Numbered from the stretch's first letter, positions 1 through 13,640 are shown. The stretch: 64,000 nucleotides of DNA from Octopus bimaculoides (GCF_001194135.2 NC_068983.1:54386967-54450966); one strand, 5' to 3'. Notes: a model not told the origin generated them from the sequence alone. A program made the numbers and translations.

Positions 1-294
1 CTTTCTGAGCTCATCAAATACCACTGAGGTCAATTTTCCTTACACCCTTTTGGAGCTGATAAAGAACCAGTCAATTACTGGTAGTGATGGGTTGGTGTGT
101 TCGACTAACAACTTCTCTTCATAATTTCTATTTATATATCCTTTTGTTATATCCTTAAAGTTGCAGTGTCTCCTCTCTCTTTGATCCCCCATCTGTTTGT
201 GTTAGATCTCATTCTTTGATATTGTCTTCCATGTCTTGGGCCTTTGTGGCCAATAAAATAAAAAAAAAATCACTATTTCTATCATCATCATTGT

Positions 295-625
295 GATGGC
301 ACCTGTGCCCTGGCACTTGTGCCCGCAGCATGTGTAAGGACTTTCGAGCGAGATCGTTGCCAGTGCCACTGGACTGGCTCCCGTGCAGGTGGCATGTTAA
401 AGACACCAATTTGAGTGTGGCCGTTGCCAGTACTGCCTGACTGGCCTTTGTGCCGGTGGCACGTAAAAGCACCCACTACACTCTCAGAGTGGTTGGCGTT
501 AGGAAACTCTGTCAAATCAGATTGGAGCCTGGTGTAACCATTTGGTTCACCAGTCCTCAGTCAAATCGTCCAACCCATGTTAGCATGGAAAGCGGACATT
601 AAACGATGATGATGATGATCATCAT
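295..625 (+). mobile_element. RTE 3' UTR fragment with two hairpin/pseudoknot modules and (GAT)n tail
   Basis: Shares GAGATCGTTGCCAG with the RTE at 33724 and ends in AGCATGGAAAGCGGACATTAAACGATGATGATG. Confidence 0.8.
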
Positions 626-1535
626 CATCATTGAAAACAATGAAAGCCAAAAGTGTATGCATTAGTACACAGGATAAAACAAAAACAAACAAAAGAGGAG
701 AGTAAAAGGGCCATAAAGAAAAAAAAGGGTGTAGGCATGTCAAGAGTAGAGTCAGCAACATTCAGAAAGCATGGAATTTTTGGGAAATGCCATGTCTTAA
801 CAGCTGACAATTAATCCTCATAAACTGCTGGACATGACTATCTTAAGTCCTAAAACTCATGAACCCAGTTACCCAGTTTCCATGGCAAATAAAGTGACCA
901 TGATCACAACATTCCCCCTGAGCAGTTTGCCAGTTTCTCAAAGGATTACTCATTTAAAGCTGAATGGACTGGGGCAATGCTTTGCTGAAGAACACAAAGC
1001 ACCACCTGGTCCAGGAATCGAAACCACAGTCTTGTGATTGAAAGTGCAGCATCCTAGCCATTAGGCTATGAGCCTTTACTTCTTCAGCTATTTTATTCCA
1101 TACTTTGATAATTCTCAGTGTGAAGAAGTGATTCCAAAAGTCGTGGGTGATATATTGTTTTTTGATTTTGTAAGCAAATTCACAAATGGGAGCAACTGTG
1201 TAAACCAGGAGTGAACTAAAAGTGTATAAGGACTTGTAGAGTACATGTATACTGAGAAAATTAATCTTTAATTTCACATAATTATAGGGTATGAAGCTTA
1301 TTTAAATTATTGTTTTGATCTTAAAGCTTAGCAGGTGATTTCGAATTTGAAAGTGGGCGGAATTTCACCTGCAGCTAAGGGCCCTGATTCAGAGACTCCC
1401 TTAGTTGTCCTAATCATTACATACATTGATGAGATTGAGTCATAAGTAATAAATGATTGACTGAAATGGAACATCACATCTTGCATTCATACGGAGAAAA
1501 ACACAGCGAAGGAAAGTCATCAACATATAATTTAA

Positions 1536-1754
1536 CCCTTTAGCATTTGAACTGACCATATCCAGCTAAAATATTCTACTGATTTATGTTTAAACTGGTC
1601 AAATCTGGCCCTTCACACACTCCCTACAATGCCATTCTAAAAATAATGACCATGCCATCAGAATCTTGAAGCTACAAGATAATTCAAGATTAATTCATGA
1701 TTAATGGGAATAAATAAGCATTATATTTTACAGAACATTCTGAATGCTGAAGGG
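1536..1754. mobile_element. TTAA-flanked piggyBac-like MITE, family A (decayed reverse copy at about 10303-10508)
   Basis: TTAA|CCCTTTAGCATT ... AATGCTGAAGGG|TTGA. Confidence 0.7.
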
Positions 1755-3196
1755 TTGAAGTAGATTTGTAGAAGCTAACAACATAATGTGATTGGTTAGT
1801 CTGCTAGAAATAGCAGCCAAATCACATTCAATTTTACCTTACTTTCTTAAAAGAGAAAATAGAAAAGGACATAAGTTGGATAATCGAGTATTGGGTTTCT
1901 TGCATAAAAAAAAAAATATATACCCAAAATATGCGACAATCACAGCTATGATGCCTTTGAGCTTAGGCTACTTGATCAGAGCTGACCTGGGGCTAAACAG
2001 CAACAAGTTAGCAGAAGTACAGAAGCAATTCATTGTACAAACAGAAGAGCAGACGACATTGATTGAATAGTAGATCTATAATCAAAAGCAATCCAGCCAT
2101 GGCCACCAAATTTATTAAGGTATATCTACAACTACATTATCAGTTATGCTCTTTCATCTTTTAAGACAGTAGGATGTGATTAGAGGGAGATTTGATTGCT
2201 ATTTCAAGCAAATCCAAATCATGTCAAAGCTCTCACATTGGTAGAATATGATAGGAAATGTTGGCTGCTATTTCTAGCATGGCAAACAACCGCATACAAG
2301 CTTTCTTAAGGTAGTAACTAAGTAACTATATCAGTACAAAAAAGACACACTCTCTTTCTCTCTTTCAAAATGCATGTAAAACTCATATCATGCCAAGAGA
2401 GCATAAAAGCTACAAATTAAGCTGGATTTATGGTTTAAAATGAATGAAAACCTACATACACAGCATAAAAATATATAAATATACAAAAAAGTAACTATAG
2501 GAAAAACAAATACTTTTTTTAAAGGATAAAAAATAAGCATTAAGTAGAGCTGAATGTGAAAGAAATACCAAGTAATAAAATAATAAATAATGATAGAAAA
2601 TAAACTGAAGGAGCAGCAGGGAAAGAGATTAAAATGATAAAGAAGCTAAGAATACAGAAAATTAAATAATTAAATGGAGAGAGAGCAGAGACAATAGACA
2701 ACTGTGTGTAACGAATTTGTATATTAGATTCATTCATAAGCTTGTCACAATTCTTTTGTGAGTATCATAACTGATAAGTGAACGAAGGTAGCCAAGTGGT
2801 TAGGGTATTCAGCTTGCAATCAAGAGTTCAATTTGCAGCTGTGAGTTATGCCCTTGAACAAAACGCTTTATTGCATGTTTCTCCAGTCCACTCAGCTAGC
2901 AAAAACAACCTGTATTTCAAAGGGTCGGCTTTGACACTTTGTAACACTGAATCTCCCTGAGAACTCCGTGAAAGGTATGTGTATTTGTGGAGTGCTTTTG
3001 ATTTTTGGTAATATTCTGAAATGATGGTATGATGTAGAGAGATTATAACCGGCAAATCTCATAGATAATGATTGCCATTTGGATAAAATACATGCTGCAA
3101 AACATTTATATCTCCAATTAGGTAAAAAGACCAATTAACCAATTTCAAGGCAAAACTGTGTGCATCCTCCTATATATGCACATAAACATACATAGG

Positions 3197-3767
3197 TACT
3201 GGCGTGGCTATGAGGTAAGAAGGTTGTTTCCCAACCACATGGTTCTAGGTTCAGTCCCACTGTGTGGCACCCTGGACAAGTGTCTTCTACTATAGCCTAG
3301 AGTTGACCAAAGTTTTGTGAGTGGATTTGATAGACGGAAACTGAAAGAAGCCCATTATATATATATGTGCGTGTGTGTGAGTGGTTGGCGTTAGGAAGGG
3401 CATCCAGCTGTAGAAACTCTGCCAAATCGGACTGGAGCCTGGTGTTGCCATCCGGTTTCACCAGTCCTCAGTCAAATCGTCCAACCCATGCTAGCATGGA
3501 AAGCGGACGTTAAACGATGATGATGATGATGTGTGTGTGTGTGGGTGTATGTGTGTTTGTGTGTCTGTATTTGTCCCCTCACAGTCATTTCACAACCAAT
3601 GTTGGTGTGTTTATGTCCCCATAACTTAGCAGTTCGGCACAAGAAGCCAATAGAATAAGTTCTAGGCTTACAAAGAATAAGTGCTTGGATTGATTTGTTC
3701 AACTAAAGGTGGTGCTCCAGCATGGCCGCAGTCAAATGACTGAAACAAGTAAAAGAATAAAAGAATA
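3197..3767 (+). mobile_element. CORE-like SINE interrupted by an RTE 3'-end insertion (3380-3530)
   Basis: SINE 5' half 3197-3360, RTE tail with (GAT)n, then SINE 3' half to GTAAAAGAATAAAAGAAT. Confidence 0.75.
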
Positions 3768-4472
3768 CATAAATATATATTGATATACACACACACACAC
3801 ACACACACAAACACATATGCTGTGGGTTTTAGAAGTTTGCTTCCCAACAAGATGGTTTCAGGTTCAGTTCCACTGCATGGTACCTTGGGCAAATGCTTTC
3901 CACAATAGGTCCAGGCTGATCAAAAGCCTTGTGAGTGGATTTGGTTGATGGAAACTGAAAGAAGCCCATCATATGTGTATATGTGAGTAACATCATGTGT
4001 TTGTTATAAATAACCTTCACCATAATAGAAGTGATGCTGTTCATTTCCAGTCTTCCTTGAAAAACTTGTTTGGCCATGGAAAATATTCCCTTACTTGGAA
4101 CCAAGTGAAGGTTGGTAATAGAGAGGATATCTGGCTGTAGAAGACCTGCCTCAAACAATTATTTCTGCCCCATGCAGGAGGGATGGAGAAGTGAATGTTA
4201 AAAAATGATGGTACATACACATATGTAAATATGTAGAAAATATAAATGCATGCAGTTAACAGGTTTCACATTTGTGTGATTTTCAGAATTGTATGTAATG
4301 ATGAATATGGAAGTGTGTTGCAAACTGTATTGGAGAGTCCAATGATGGTTTAACAGGCCGAAACTTCAGAGTCACTATCAATTCTATTCTTGTTAAAGAA
4401 AAATGATTATAGACACACAGACACATATATAAATAAATATATATATTTAAACACACACACACACACACATTA

Positions 4473-4552
<80 letters not shown>

Positions 4553-5514
4553 TCACACACACATAATATATAAATATACACACATACATAAACATATAAA
4601 TACACCACATATTGTAAACATATATATACACACACACACAGATATAGATAGTTGTGTATACATATATGTAGTAGATAAAAGTAATAGAGCTTATTATATG
4701 TAGGCTTGTGAACACATTTTGTGTGACAATACTCAATTAACAACAACTAATAGAAGTGATGGTATAGAACTTTCATTTCAAATAACTATGTACATGTCTA
4801 TACAAATGTGAGTGTATGAATTTATGTATATATGTATATACAGACATACTCGTACACATAGAGCAGTGTTGTAGATAATGCAGTTATACATTTAGATTTT
4901 TCCTGAAATATAAACATACATTCATTACCAAATATTTGTATATGTGCTTGTGTGAGATTAACTGCCTGTGTGTGTACTTGTCTGTATATGTGTGTGTGTG
5001 TACTTGTCTGCATGTGTGTGTGTCTACTTGTCTGCATATGTGTGTGTGTATACACATGTAATATGATATGATGCAATATTATCTGATATAATATGCTGTA
5101 CTGGATGTTGTTAGATGTCGGTTGAAAAGACGCGATGTTAGTTGATAATAAGAGCGTAACCATTGTTGAAGCCGAGCAAAGGAAGACTGGTATGGTGGTG
5201 GTGGTGGTGGGTGAGTGGCAGTGTTAGGGTGGGGGCACAGGAGGTGTCAAGTGCAAATTCGAGAATGGTATGTTTCACAAATGAGATGTTTTATGTTTCA
5301 TATTTATCCGATAGGAAAATAGATGCTAAAATCATTATGTTGATGGTATACAAATGAATGTGTGTTTGTATATCTGTAATCATGTCTATGTCTAATCATG
5401 TATATATATATATNNNNNNNNNNNNNNNNNNNNNNNNNNNNNNNNNNNNNNNNTATATATATTGTTAATTTATTAATAAATTAATAAATTGATAAACCTT
5501 TACCCTTTTAATTG

Positions 5515-5554
<40 letters not shown>

Positions 5555-6691
5555 GTGTAAATGTATTAGTTTGTTATTAACTCTATGTTGAGTGCTAAAT
5601 GCTGTTTCTTCAGGTCTTTATATAGAGATACACACATGTTTATTCATTTATTAACTGTGAAGACACATTAGTGACTCAAGGCCCCTAAGTCTTGTGCAAG
5701 AGTATATGACACATACAAACCCTTCACACACACACACACACACACACACATTATATATATATATATATATACACGCACACAAACATATGTATGTGTGTAT
5801 GTATATATATATATATATATATCAATAAAAACATAAATATATAAAATATAATATATATGAAAAATATATATCAATAAATATATAAAGTATATATAAATAA
5901 ATATATTATACATGTGTGTGTATGTGTGTATGAGAGAGAGAGAGAATTTAGAACTTCTTTTAGCTCTTAAATGATATACATAAAATATTTTATATATATT
6001 TTGTTTACATATATATCTATATGCATATATATTGTTATGCAAGTACATCTCCGTAACATAGTATAATTATATTTGAAGAAAAATCTGAATGTATAGTGGT
6101 ATTTGTGCAACACTGCTCTGTCTGTGTGTATGAGAAGTTATATGTGTGAATGTATCTTGTCTTTAAGGAATGCACATATGCATGTTAAAACTTGAAATAG
6201 TCACACAGTATTGTAACATTAACTGAATAAATAAATAAATAGATAAATAACTATTAGTATATATATTTGAGTAAATTTTTCTTTGAAGTTCTCAGCTGAG
6301 GGATAATCATTATAGTCAACTAGTGTCCTCATCTTGGTGGTTATAGAACATTACAAAATATGAGAAGTACCTGAGGGAGGCTGGCAAGTACACCAGCCAA
6401 AACGTTGCAACAATAAAGACCAAGACGAGGACATTAACCCAGAATATATCAGTCTATTTAAGTAATATATTGACTACTTTTACCCTTGCTTCTATACTAT
6501 ACTATGCACACACACACACACACACACACATGCGAGCGTGTCCATGTAGTTCAAAAGCTCATTTTGTAACGACGTGGTTTCATGTTCAGTCCCACTGTGT
6601 GGCATCTTGTGCAAAGTGTCAACTGCTGTGGCACCAGGCCAACCAATGACTTATAAGTGAATATGATAGATGGAAATTATGTGGAAGCCCA

Positions 6692-6734
<43 letters not shown>

Positions 6735-8256
6735 NNNNNNNNNNNNNNNNNNNNNNNNNNNNNNNNNNNNNNNNNNNNNNNNNNNNNNNNNNNNNNNNNN
6801 NNNNNNNNNNNNNNNNNNNNNNNNNNNNNNNNNNNNNNNNNNNNNNNNNNNNNNNNNNNNNNNNNNNNNNNNNNNNNNNNNNNNNNNNNNNNNNNNNNNN
6901 NNNNNNNNNNNNNNNNNNNNNNNNNNNNNNNNNNNNNNNNNNNNNNNNNNNNNNNNNNNNNNNNNNNNNNNNNNNNNNNNNNNNNNNNNNNNNNNNNNNN
7001 NNNNNNNNNNNNNNNNNNNNNNNNNNNNNNNNNNNNNNNNNNNNNNNNNNNNNNNNNNNNNNNNNNNNNNNNNNNNNNNNNNNNNNNNNNNNNNNNNNNN
7101 NNNNNNNNNNNNNNNNNNNNNNNNNNNNNNNNNNNNNNNNNNNNNNNNNNNNNNNNNNNNNNNNNNNNNNNNNNNNNNNNNNNNNNNNNNNNNNNNNNNN
7201 NNNNNNNNNNNNNNNNNNNNNNNNNNNNNNNNNNNNNNNNNNNNNNNNNNNNNNNNNNNNNNNNNNNNNNNNNNNNNNNNNNNNNNNNNNNNNNNNNNNN
7301 NNNNNNNNNNNNNNNNNNNNNNNNNNNNNNNNNNNNNNNNNNNNNNNNNNNNNNNNNNNNNNNNNNNNNNNNNNNNNNNNNNNNNNNNNNNNNNNNNNNN
7401 NNNNNNNNNNNNNNNNNNNNNNNNNNNNNNNNNNNNNNNNNNNNNNNNNNNNNNNNNNNNNNNNNNNNNNNNNNNNNNNNNNNNNNNNNNNNNNNNNNNN
7501 NNNNNNNNNNNNNNNNNNNNNNNNNNNNNNNNNNNNNNNNNNNNNNNNNNNNATATATATAGTGTCTTTGTGTAGGTTTGTGTGTGCGTGTGCCCACTAC
7601 TTTGAAACTGGTGTCTTGTTTGTATACATCCTTGTAACTTAACAGTGCAGGAGCTGATAGAATAAGCACCAGACATGATAAGTAGTGAAGCAGATTTGTT
7701 TGACTGAGAAGGCTTCAAGGTGGTGTCCAAGCATGGCCGCAGTCCAATGACTGAACCAAGTAAAAAGTAAGAGATAAGGATACATGTTGGAGTGTGTGCG
7801 TGTGTGTGTGTGTAATGCTTATATATGTTTCTATGCATGTATAATCTTAAAAGCATTTTCTTTATACCTTGTTATCAGTTTTATGTCTGTATTTTAAATA
7901 GATATACTTCTTTTACTTCTAACGTAACATACCAATCCAGTCTTGCTTGCTTTAGAGTCTCTGAAGATTTCCTTTGATTATGTAGATATGTTCTTCGTAA
8001 TCTATGTTTGACTTAGATTACTTGTGACACAACACATAGCCTTAGAAACTATATTTTGTTGCAAGTCAACTCTGTGTTGATCCAAATGCACACATCAATG
8101 GAACACACACATGCACATGCATACACACATACATATGCACACACAAACACACTCATATATAAATATATCAAAGAAGCATGTAGTTATGCTTTAGTATATT
8201 GAGTTTCTTTCTATTTACATTGCCCGTCTCTCTCTCTCACTCTCTGTATATATGTG

Positions 8257-8297
<41 letters not shown>

Positions 8298-9282
8298 AAA
8301 TATAAGTAATTTATACATATATAAATATTTTATTACTTTTCTTAAATTCTTCTCATTCTCTTTCCCTACATCTAAAATTATTTATACTAGCAAATCTACT
8401 CATCTACGATGGAGGCATAAAATGAGGGAGGGCAATCATAATAGGAGTATGTATTGAGAAATGTGTAAATGGACTTGATAGATTATGGGGTGATGTCTTA
8501 GAGAAATCACATTATTGTTGGTGATACAGCATTCTATTGCAGCTATATGACATGCGTTTGTGACTAAGTGACATGTGATGACGATTCACTCCCGGACTGA
8601 AATATGCTCCCAGCCTCTGTATCATGAATGGTTATGTGGACCACTCCTAATGAAAGCCAGAGCTTCCTTCAACCATTACATGAAAAGTATTAAGAAAAAA
8701 ATGTTACTTAGATATACTTTTATTTTAGTTGTTTACACACTATTTTACACTTCTTTATACTCTCATACATTGAAAGTTCACAGATTTCCTTATTTAAATT
8801 ACGAATCATATTCCTTTCAATAATATTAATATGATCGCAAAACTTCTTTGAAGATGACAATGAAACAGTCAAGGCTATGTTGTTAAGAAGTTTGCTTCAC
8901 ACCAGTGTGGTTCTAGGTTCATTCCTACTGCATGAATCTTGAGCAAGTGAATTTACCATTGCTTTAGGGTAACTGAGGCTCTGTGAGTATTGGCAGTCAT
9001 GACAGAAACTACAAGCAAGCTTGTTAGGTATGCCAATGTATGTATGTGTATATGTATGAATGATAATAAAAATAGGTGGCACAGAGTGACAATAAAGGAA
9101 TTTAAGTGTAAACAGAAGAAAAATGTGAAAATCACACAACAGATGCAGAGACACTCAGTGTAACTCTCTCATCAGCTGTCAAGCAAATATCATCACAATT
9201 TTGACACCCTTCATGCATGGACATAGTTATGTATGCACCTAAAGATAAAACTATACAGAATATATAATATTTATAGTTTAAA

Positions 9283-9497
9283 TGTAGGTGGAGAGCTGGC
9301 TGAATCATTAGCACTCCAGACAAAATGCTTTCTGGTACTTCATCCATCTTTATGTTCCAAGTTCAAATTCCATCAAGACTGACTTTATCTTTTATCATTT
9401 TGCGGGTCTATAAAATAAGAACCAGTTAAACACTGGGGTCAATATAAACTACTTACGCCTCCACTATAATTACTGGCCTTGTGTCAAAATTTGAAAC
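9283..9497 (+). mobile_element. tRNA-derived SINE (GAGCTGGCAGAATCGTTAGC family) with 18-bp TSD
   Basis: TSD TAATATTTATAGTTTAAA at 9265-9282 and 9498-9515; B box GTTCAAATTCC. Confidence 0.8.
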
Positions 9498-11889
9498 TAA
9501 TATTTATAGTTTAAAATCTAACGAGAAAATTTTACTTTACTGTTGTGGCAAGAATCACTGACACTCTTGGTGCATTGGAGAATGGACTAGCCGAACTCTT
9601 ATAAAGAGTAGAGGTCGGTAGTAGTCAGGAGAGAGCGTTTTGGTAGTCTCATGAAGTACATCGTGTGAACACTTTGATTAAACCTCCAGTGCATAATTTA
9701 TCTATACCAGCCTGTGGCAGGATTTAAAACTTCGATATTTTAAAACTGACTTGTTTTCTCTCTCTATTCATGAGCAATAAAATAAGTATATGAAAACATT
9801 TTTGTATGAATTTCTGGTATAAGTATTTACTGAGCAAGATGCTCCTGTTTCAATGCTAACTCCTTAACTATTTAAATGTCAAGAAACTATCACTTATATA
9901 ATTATTTATAAACATTCTTTTTAATACACGTAATAACTTCAGAAATACAGATATATTCACTGACTTACTCATTCTCACAGAATCTAAACTCCTTACAGTG
10001 AACTTTTGAATTTTATCAAATGAAATGATGCTTACACTTCAAAAAACATTGCATCATCAAACAAGAGACTTGACTTTAAAAGAATTTCGATGAGGAATTT
10101 TGAGTGTCTGTTTGGGCGTCTACATGTCTGCCTGGAAAAACACACAACCTCAAAAATAATTGAAACCGAATAAAAATGTCCTTTGCAGTGGATGTTCTCT
10201 AACCTCACAGAGAAATGTACTGTATGGTAAAGAAATGTATAGGTGCAAGCATGGTTGTGTGGTAAGAAACTTGCTTGCCAACCACATGGTTCTGGATTAG
10301 AAGTTCAGATTATTCTGTCAAGTGTTATTCATTAACATTGTTCTGAATTAATTATGCATTATCTTGTAGCTAAGAAGACATTTTCATGTTGTGATTGCTT
10401 AGACTTAGAAAGACATTGTAGGAAAGGTGTGAGAGGCCAGATCTGGTCAGTTTTAACATGAAACTAGTAGAATATTCAGGTCAGATATGGTTGATTTGAA
10501 TGCTAAAAATGTGAAACTCAAAGGGGATGTATTATGATGTAAAAGTTTTCTAACCCTAAGGAGCATTTCAAAAGGTTGCACTTGGTTCTAGTCTTGTCAT
10601 TTTAACTCTTTTGTTACCATGTTTCAGTTGAAATACACACTACTTTTGTTCCAGTTAATTTTTAAAATACTGAAGATTTTAGTAAAATAATTTTGCCATT
10701 ATTAAAGCAGTGTTTAAGCCATAAATTAACACGATATTTTGATGAAAGGTTTTAATTTAAACCACTTTAAAACAAGGGAAATTTGTATCAAAGAACCAGA
10801 GGCAATTGGTATCTCAAGGCTGGTTGGAGACAAAGAGTTAGAAGGATGAGAGATGAGCTGTTCGCTAGTGAGAATGTAAGTTTGTTTAGCTAACACTTCA
10901 AGGGGCCCTGGCACCATCTGTTCCTAGAAACTCAGTGAGCAGAGTTAACCACAATTAAGTATATTACCCCAAGTATACAAGTGCACCAGCAGTGGTTTTC
11001 AATTCAAGATCTTTGAACTAGTAATCCAATTCATAGCTATTCAGCTATTTCATTTGGACGCTATTCAGATCAATACTTAAATTGTTGAGAGCTTTTAATG
11101 CTCCCAACATTAAATATGTTAATGAGAAATAATCATGCATCAAGGGAAAGGAAAATCAATATTAGTCAATAACTAATGTTATTTTAATCATTTTGGAAAG
11201 TATGGTAGGCAATTTTGGACATATTTCAGTCTTATTATGATCTCATCAGTGGAGCATAAACTTTGTCATACTTGCCAAAGTAGAGATGGAAGATTCGTTA
11301 AATAAATGTATAAATTTGTATATAGTTTGGCACAGAAAATAGAGGATGTGAGATGAGGATATTATGAATCAGAGTGATAACGCTCTAATGTGTTTTCAAT
11401 ATGTATGTGTAGGCGGGAAGCAGACAGGCAGTTTGATAAATACACAAACATGATACAAACACATACACACAAAGGGAGGGATTAGTCAAGACTTGTGGTA
11501 GGGGAGAATATGTTTCTTTTTAAATGCCTAACATTAATATTTTGATTAAAACTGTTTAATTAAATATTAAAATTATAATACCTTTGATTTATCATCGCTT
11601 AAAATATAAGCGTGAATATTTTTATTGAAAAGGTTCAATTAAACATTAAAATTATATCTTTGATATATTTAATTAAAATATTATCATAAATAATTCTATT
11701 ATAAAACTCTAATTAAAAATTAAAATTATATTTTTTTCTTTACATTATCAAATTTTAATAGGATTAACAAAATAGAAAGAAAAATGTTCACCAAATGTAT
11801 TAATCAAAAATCACATTTTAGCCTGTAATTTGATTTTAATATGTCCATACAACCACCCACACACACACACATACCCACACGCAAATAGG

Positions 11890-12203
11890 TGTAGGCATGG
11901 ATGTGTGGTTGAGAAGTTTGCTTCCCAACCATGCAGTTTCAAGTTCAGTCCCGCTTTGTGGAACCTTGGGCAAGTATTTTCTAGTATAGCCTCAGGTTGA
12001 TCAAAACCTTGTGGGTGGATTTGATAGGTGGAAACTGTAAGACACCAATTGTGTGTGGCTGTGGGGTAAGTAGCTTGCTTACCAACCACATGGTTCTGGG
12101 TTCAGTCTCACTGCATGACACCTTGGGCATGTGTCTTCTATAGCCTTGAGCCAACCAAAGCCTTGTGAGTAGATTTGGTACACAGAAATTGAAAGAAGCC
12201 TGT

Positions 12204-12205
<2 letters not shown>
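11890..12205 (+). mobile_element. Two tandem 5' halves of the CORE-like SINE
   Basis: Head to GGAAACTG sequence occurs twice in direct orientation. Confidence 0.7.
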
Positions 12206-12241
<36 letters not shown>

Positions 12242-12244
<3 letters not shown>

Positions 12245-12480
12245 GGGTTGGACAAAATAATGGAAACACCTAGCATCATAATTTTGAAATATCTGTAAAA
12301 CCATCAAAAGCTAGTTTATTTCTATGTCTTTTGATTTATTATTAGTGTTGCTTAATATGTTTTGCTAATAAAATTGCTGTTCCTTTTCAGATATCATCAG
12401 AAAAAAGGTAATTAAAAATTCATTAAAATGACAGATCTAATCTTAAAAAAAGTCTTTAAAAAATGTTTCTTAGTAATAAA
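12242..12480 (+). mobile_element. Tc1-like left TIR fragment
   Basis: TA|CAGGGGTTGGACAAAATAATGGAAACACC; no matching right TIR seen. Confidence 0.5.
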
Positions 12481-12707
12481 GGTGTAGAAACAAAAATAAG
12501 GGTTTATTCATTTATCTATTTCAATATTTCGACCATACCTCCTAATCATAAATGGTGGAGAGTGAAATTTTATTCTGACAAGCTGCATTGCATAATGTGG
12601 TTTTCTCAGTCACTTAATTCTATACAATGCTTCAAATAAATTATATTATATATATATAAAACCAATATATATACATATATATATATATAAAACCATTATA
12701 TATATAT

Positions 12708-12779
<72 letters not shown>

Positions 12780-13640
12780 AGAGAAAAAGAGAGAGATAGA
12801 GTTAGCCATTGTGTTACCTGCAGCCTCCATTTTGATGGTGGAGCTTTTTATTGGATTTGTCTATCTGCTTAATAGAGAAATGTGAATTATCATCACATGA
12901 TATCATGTGAGCTGTGATCACACTACATATGCCTTTCATCTCTTTCCATACGACACCTTTTATCAGTGTATGCTTGTACTATTATTCCGATATGTTGTCA
13001 GATGAAACCCAATACTTACTTAGAAAATTGATTCTTCTTTGCCTTCAACTTCTTTTTTTACTTAAAATTCCCATATTTCTAATATACCGTTGTTATCATC
13101 ATTTGATCATTCATTTGGCCACACTGGTATACATCAGAGAAGCCTAATATAACAACTGCCTGGCTTTCTTGATCATATCGGATCTTCTATGTATGTGTGT
13201 GTGTGTTTTAGTCCAGAAATAAAGGAAGAAAAATCAATGCTCATAGACTATGCAGGGGTTTACAAGGCTAGCCATGTCAATAAAGTTTCAAAGCTTGCAT
13301 GAAGGCTGGAAATTTGGGGGATAGGAATAAATGTTTGGTATATGATTTAAGTGACTATGAGATAGTTAGTATGACAAGAGATAAGCAGGCAAGTCTGTCA
13401 AGTAAGCTCAAGTGGCATTGGTATATGGTTCTGCTCATTCCGAAGGGTAGAAAGCACATGGACAGATGTGTAGCTAGGCAGGTTAGGGAGGTAGTCTGCC
13501 GTGGGTGATATTTTTATGGGAAGAGCACATTTGGGTCTGTTATGTAAGCCAGTATAGACTTGGGAGCCTGAGGGAAGGGTGAAAAACTCAAGGGCTGTTC
13601 TAGGTGGTATGCAACCTTGCTAACCACTGAACAAGGTTAA

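Noticed and set aside
6651-7856. Long ORFs of 300-450 aa spanning N runs (also about 20.7-21.3, 23.4-24.5, 32.6-34.1, 38.3-39.4, 47.1-47.9, 49.7-50.8, 55.0-56.1 and 57.5-58.1 kb)
   Set aside because: Artefacts of assembly gaps translated as X plus flanking (TA)n/(CA)n repeats.
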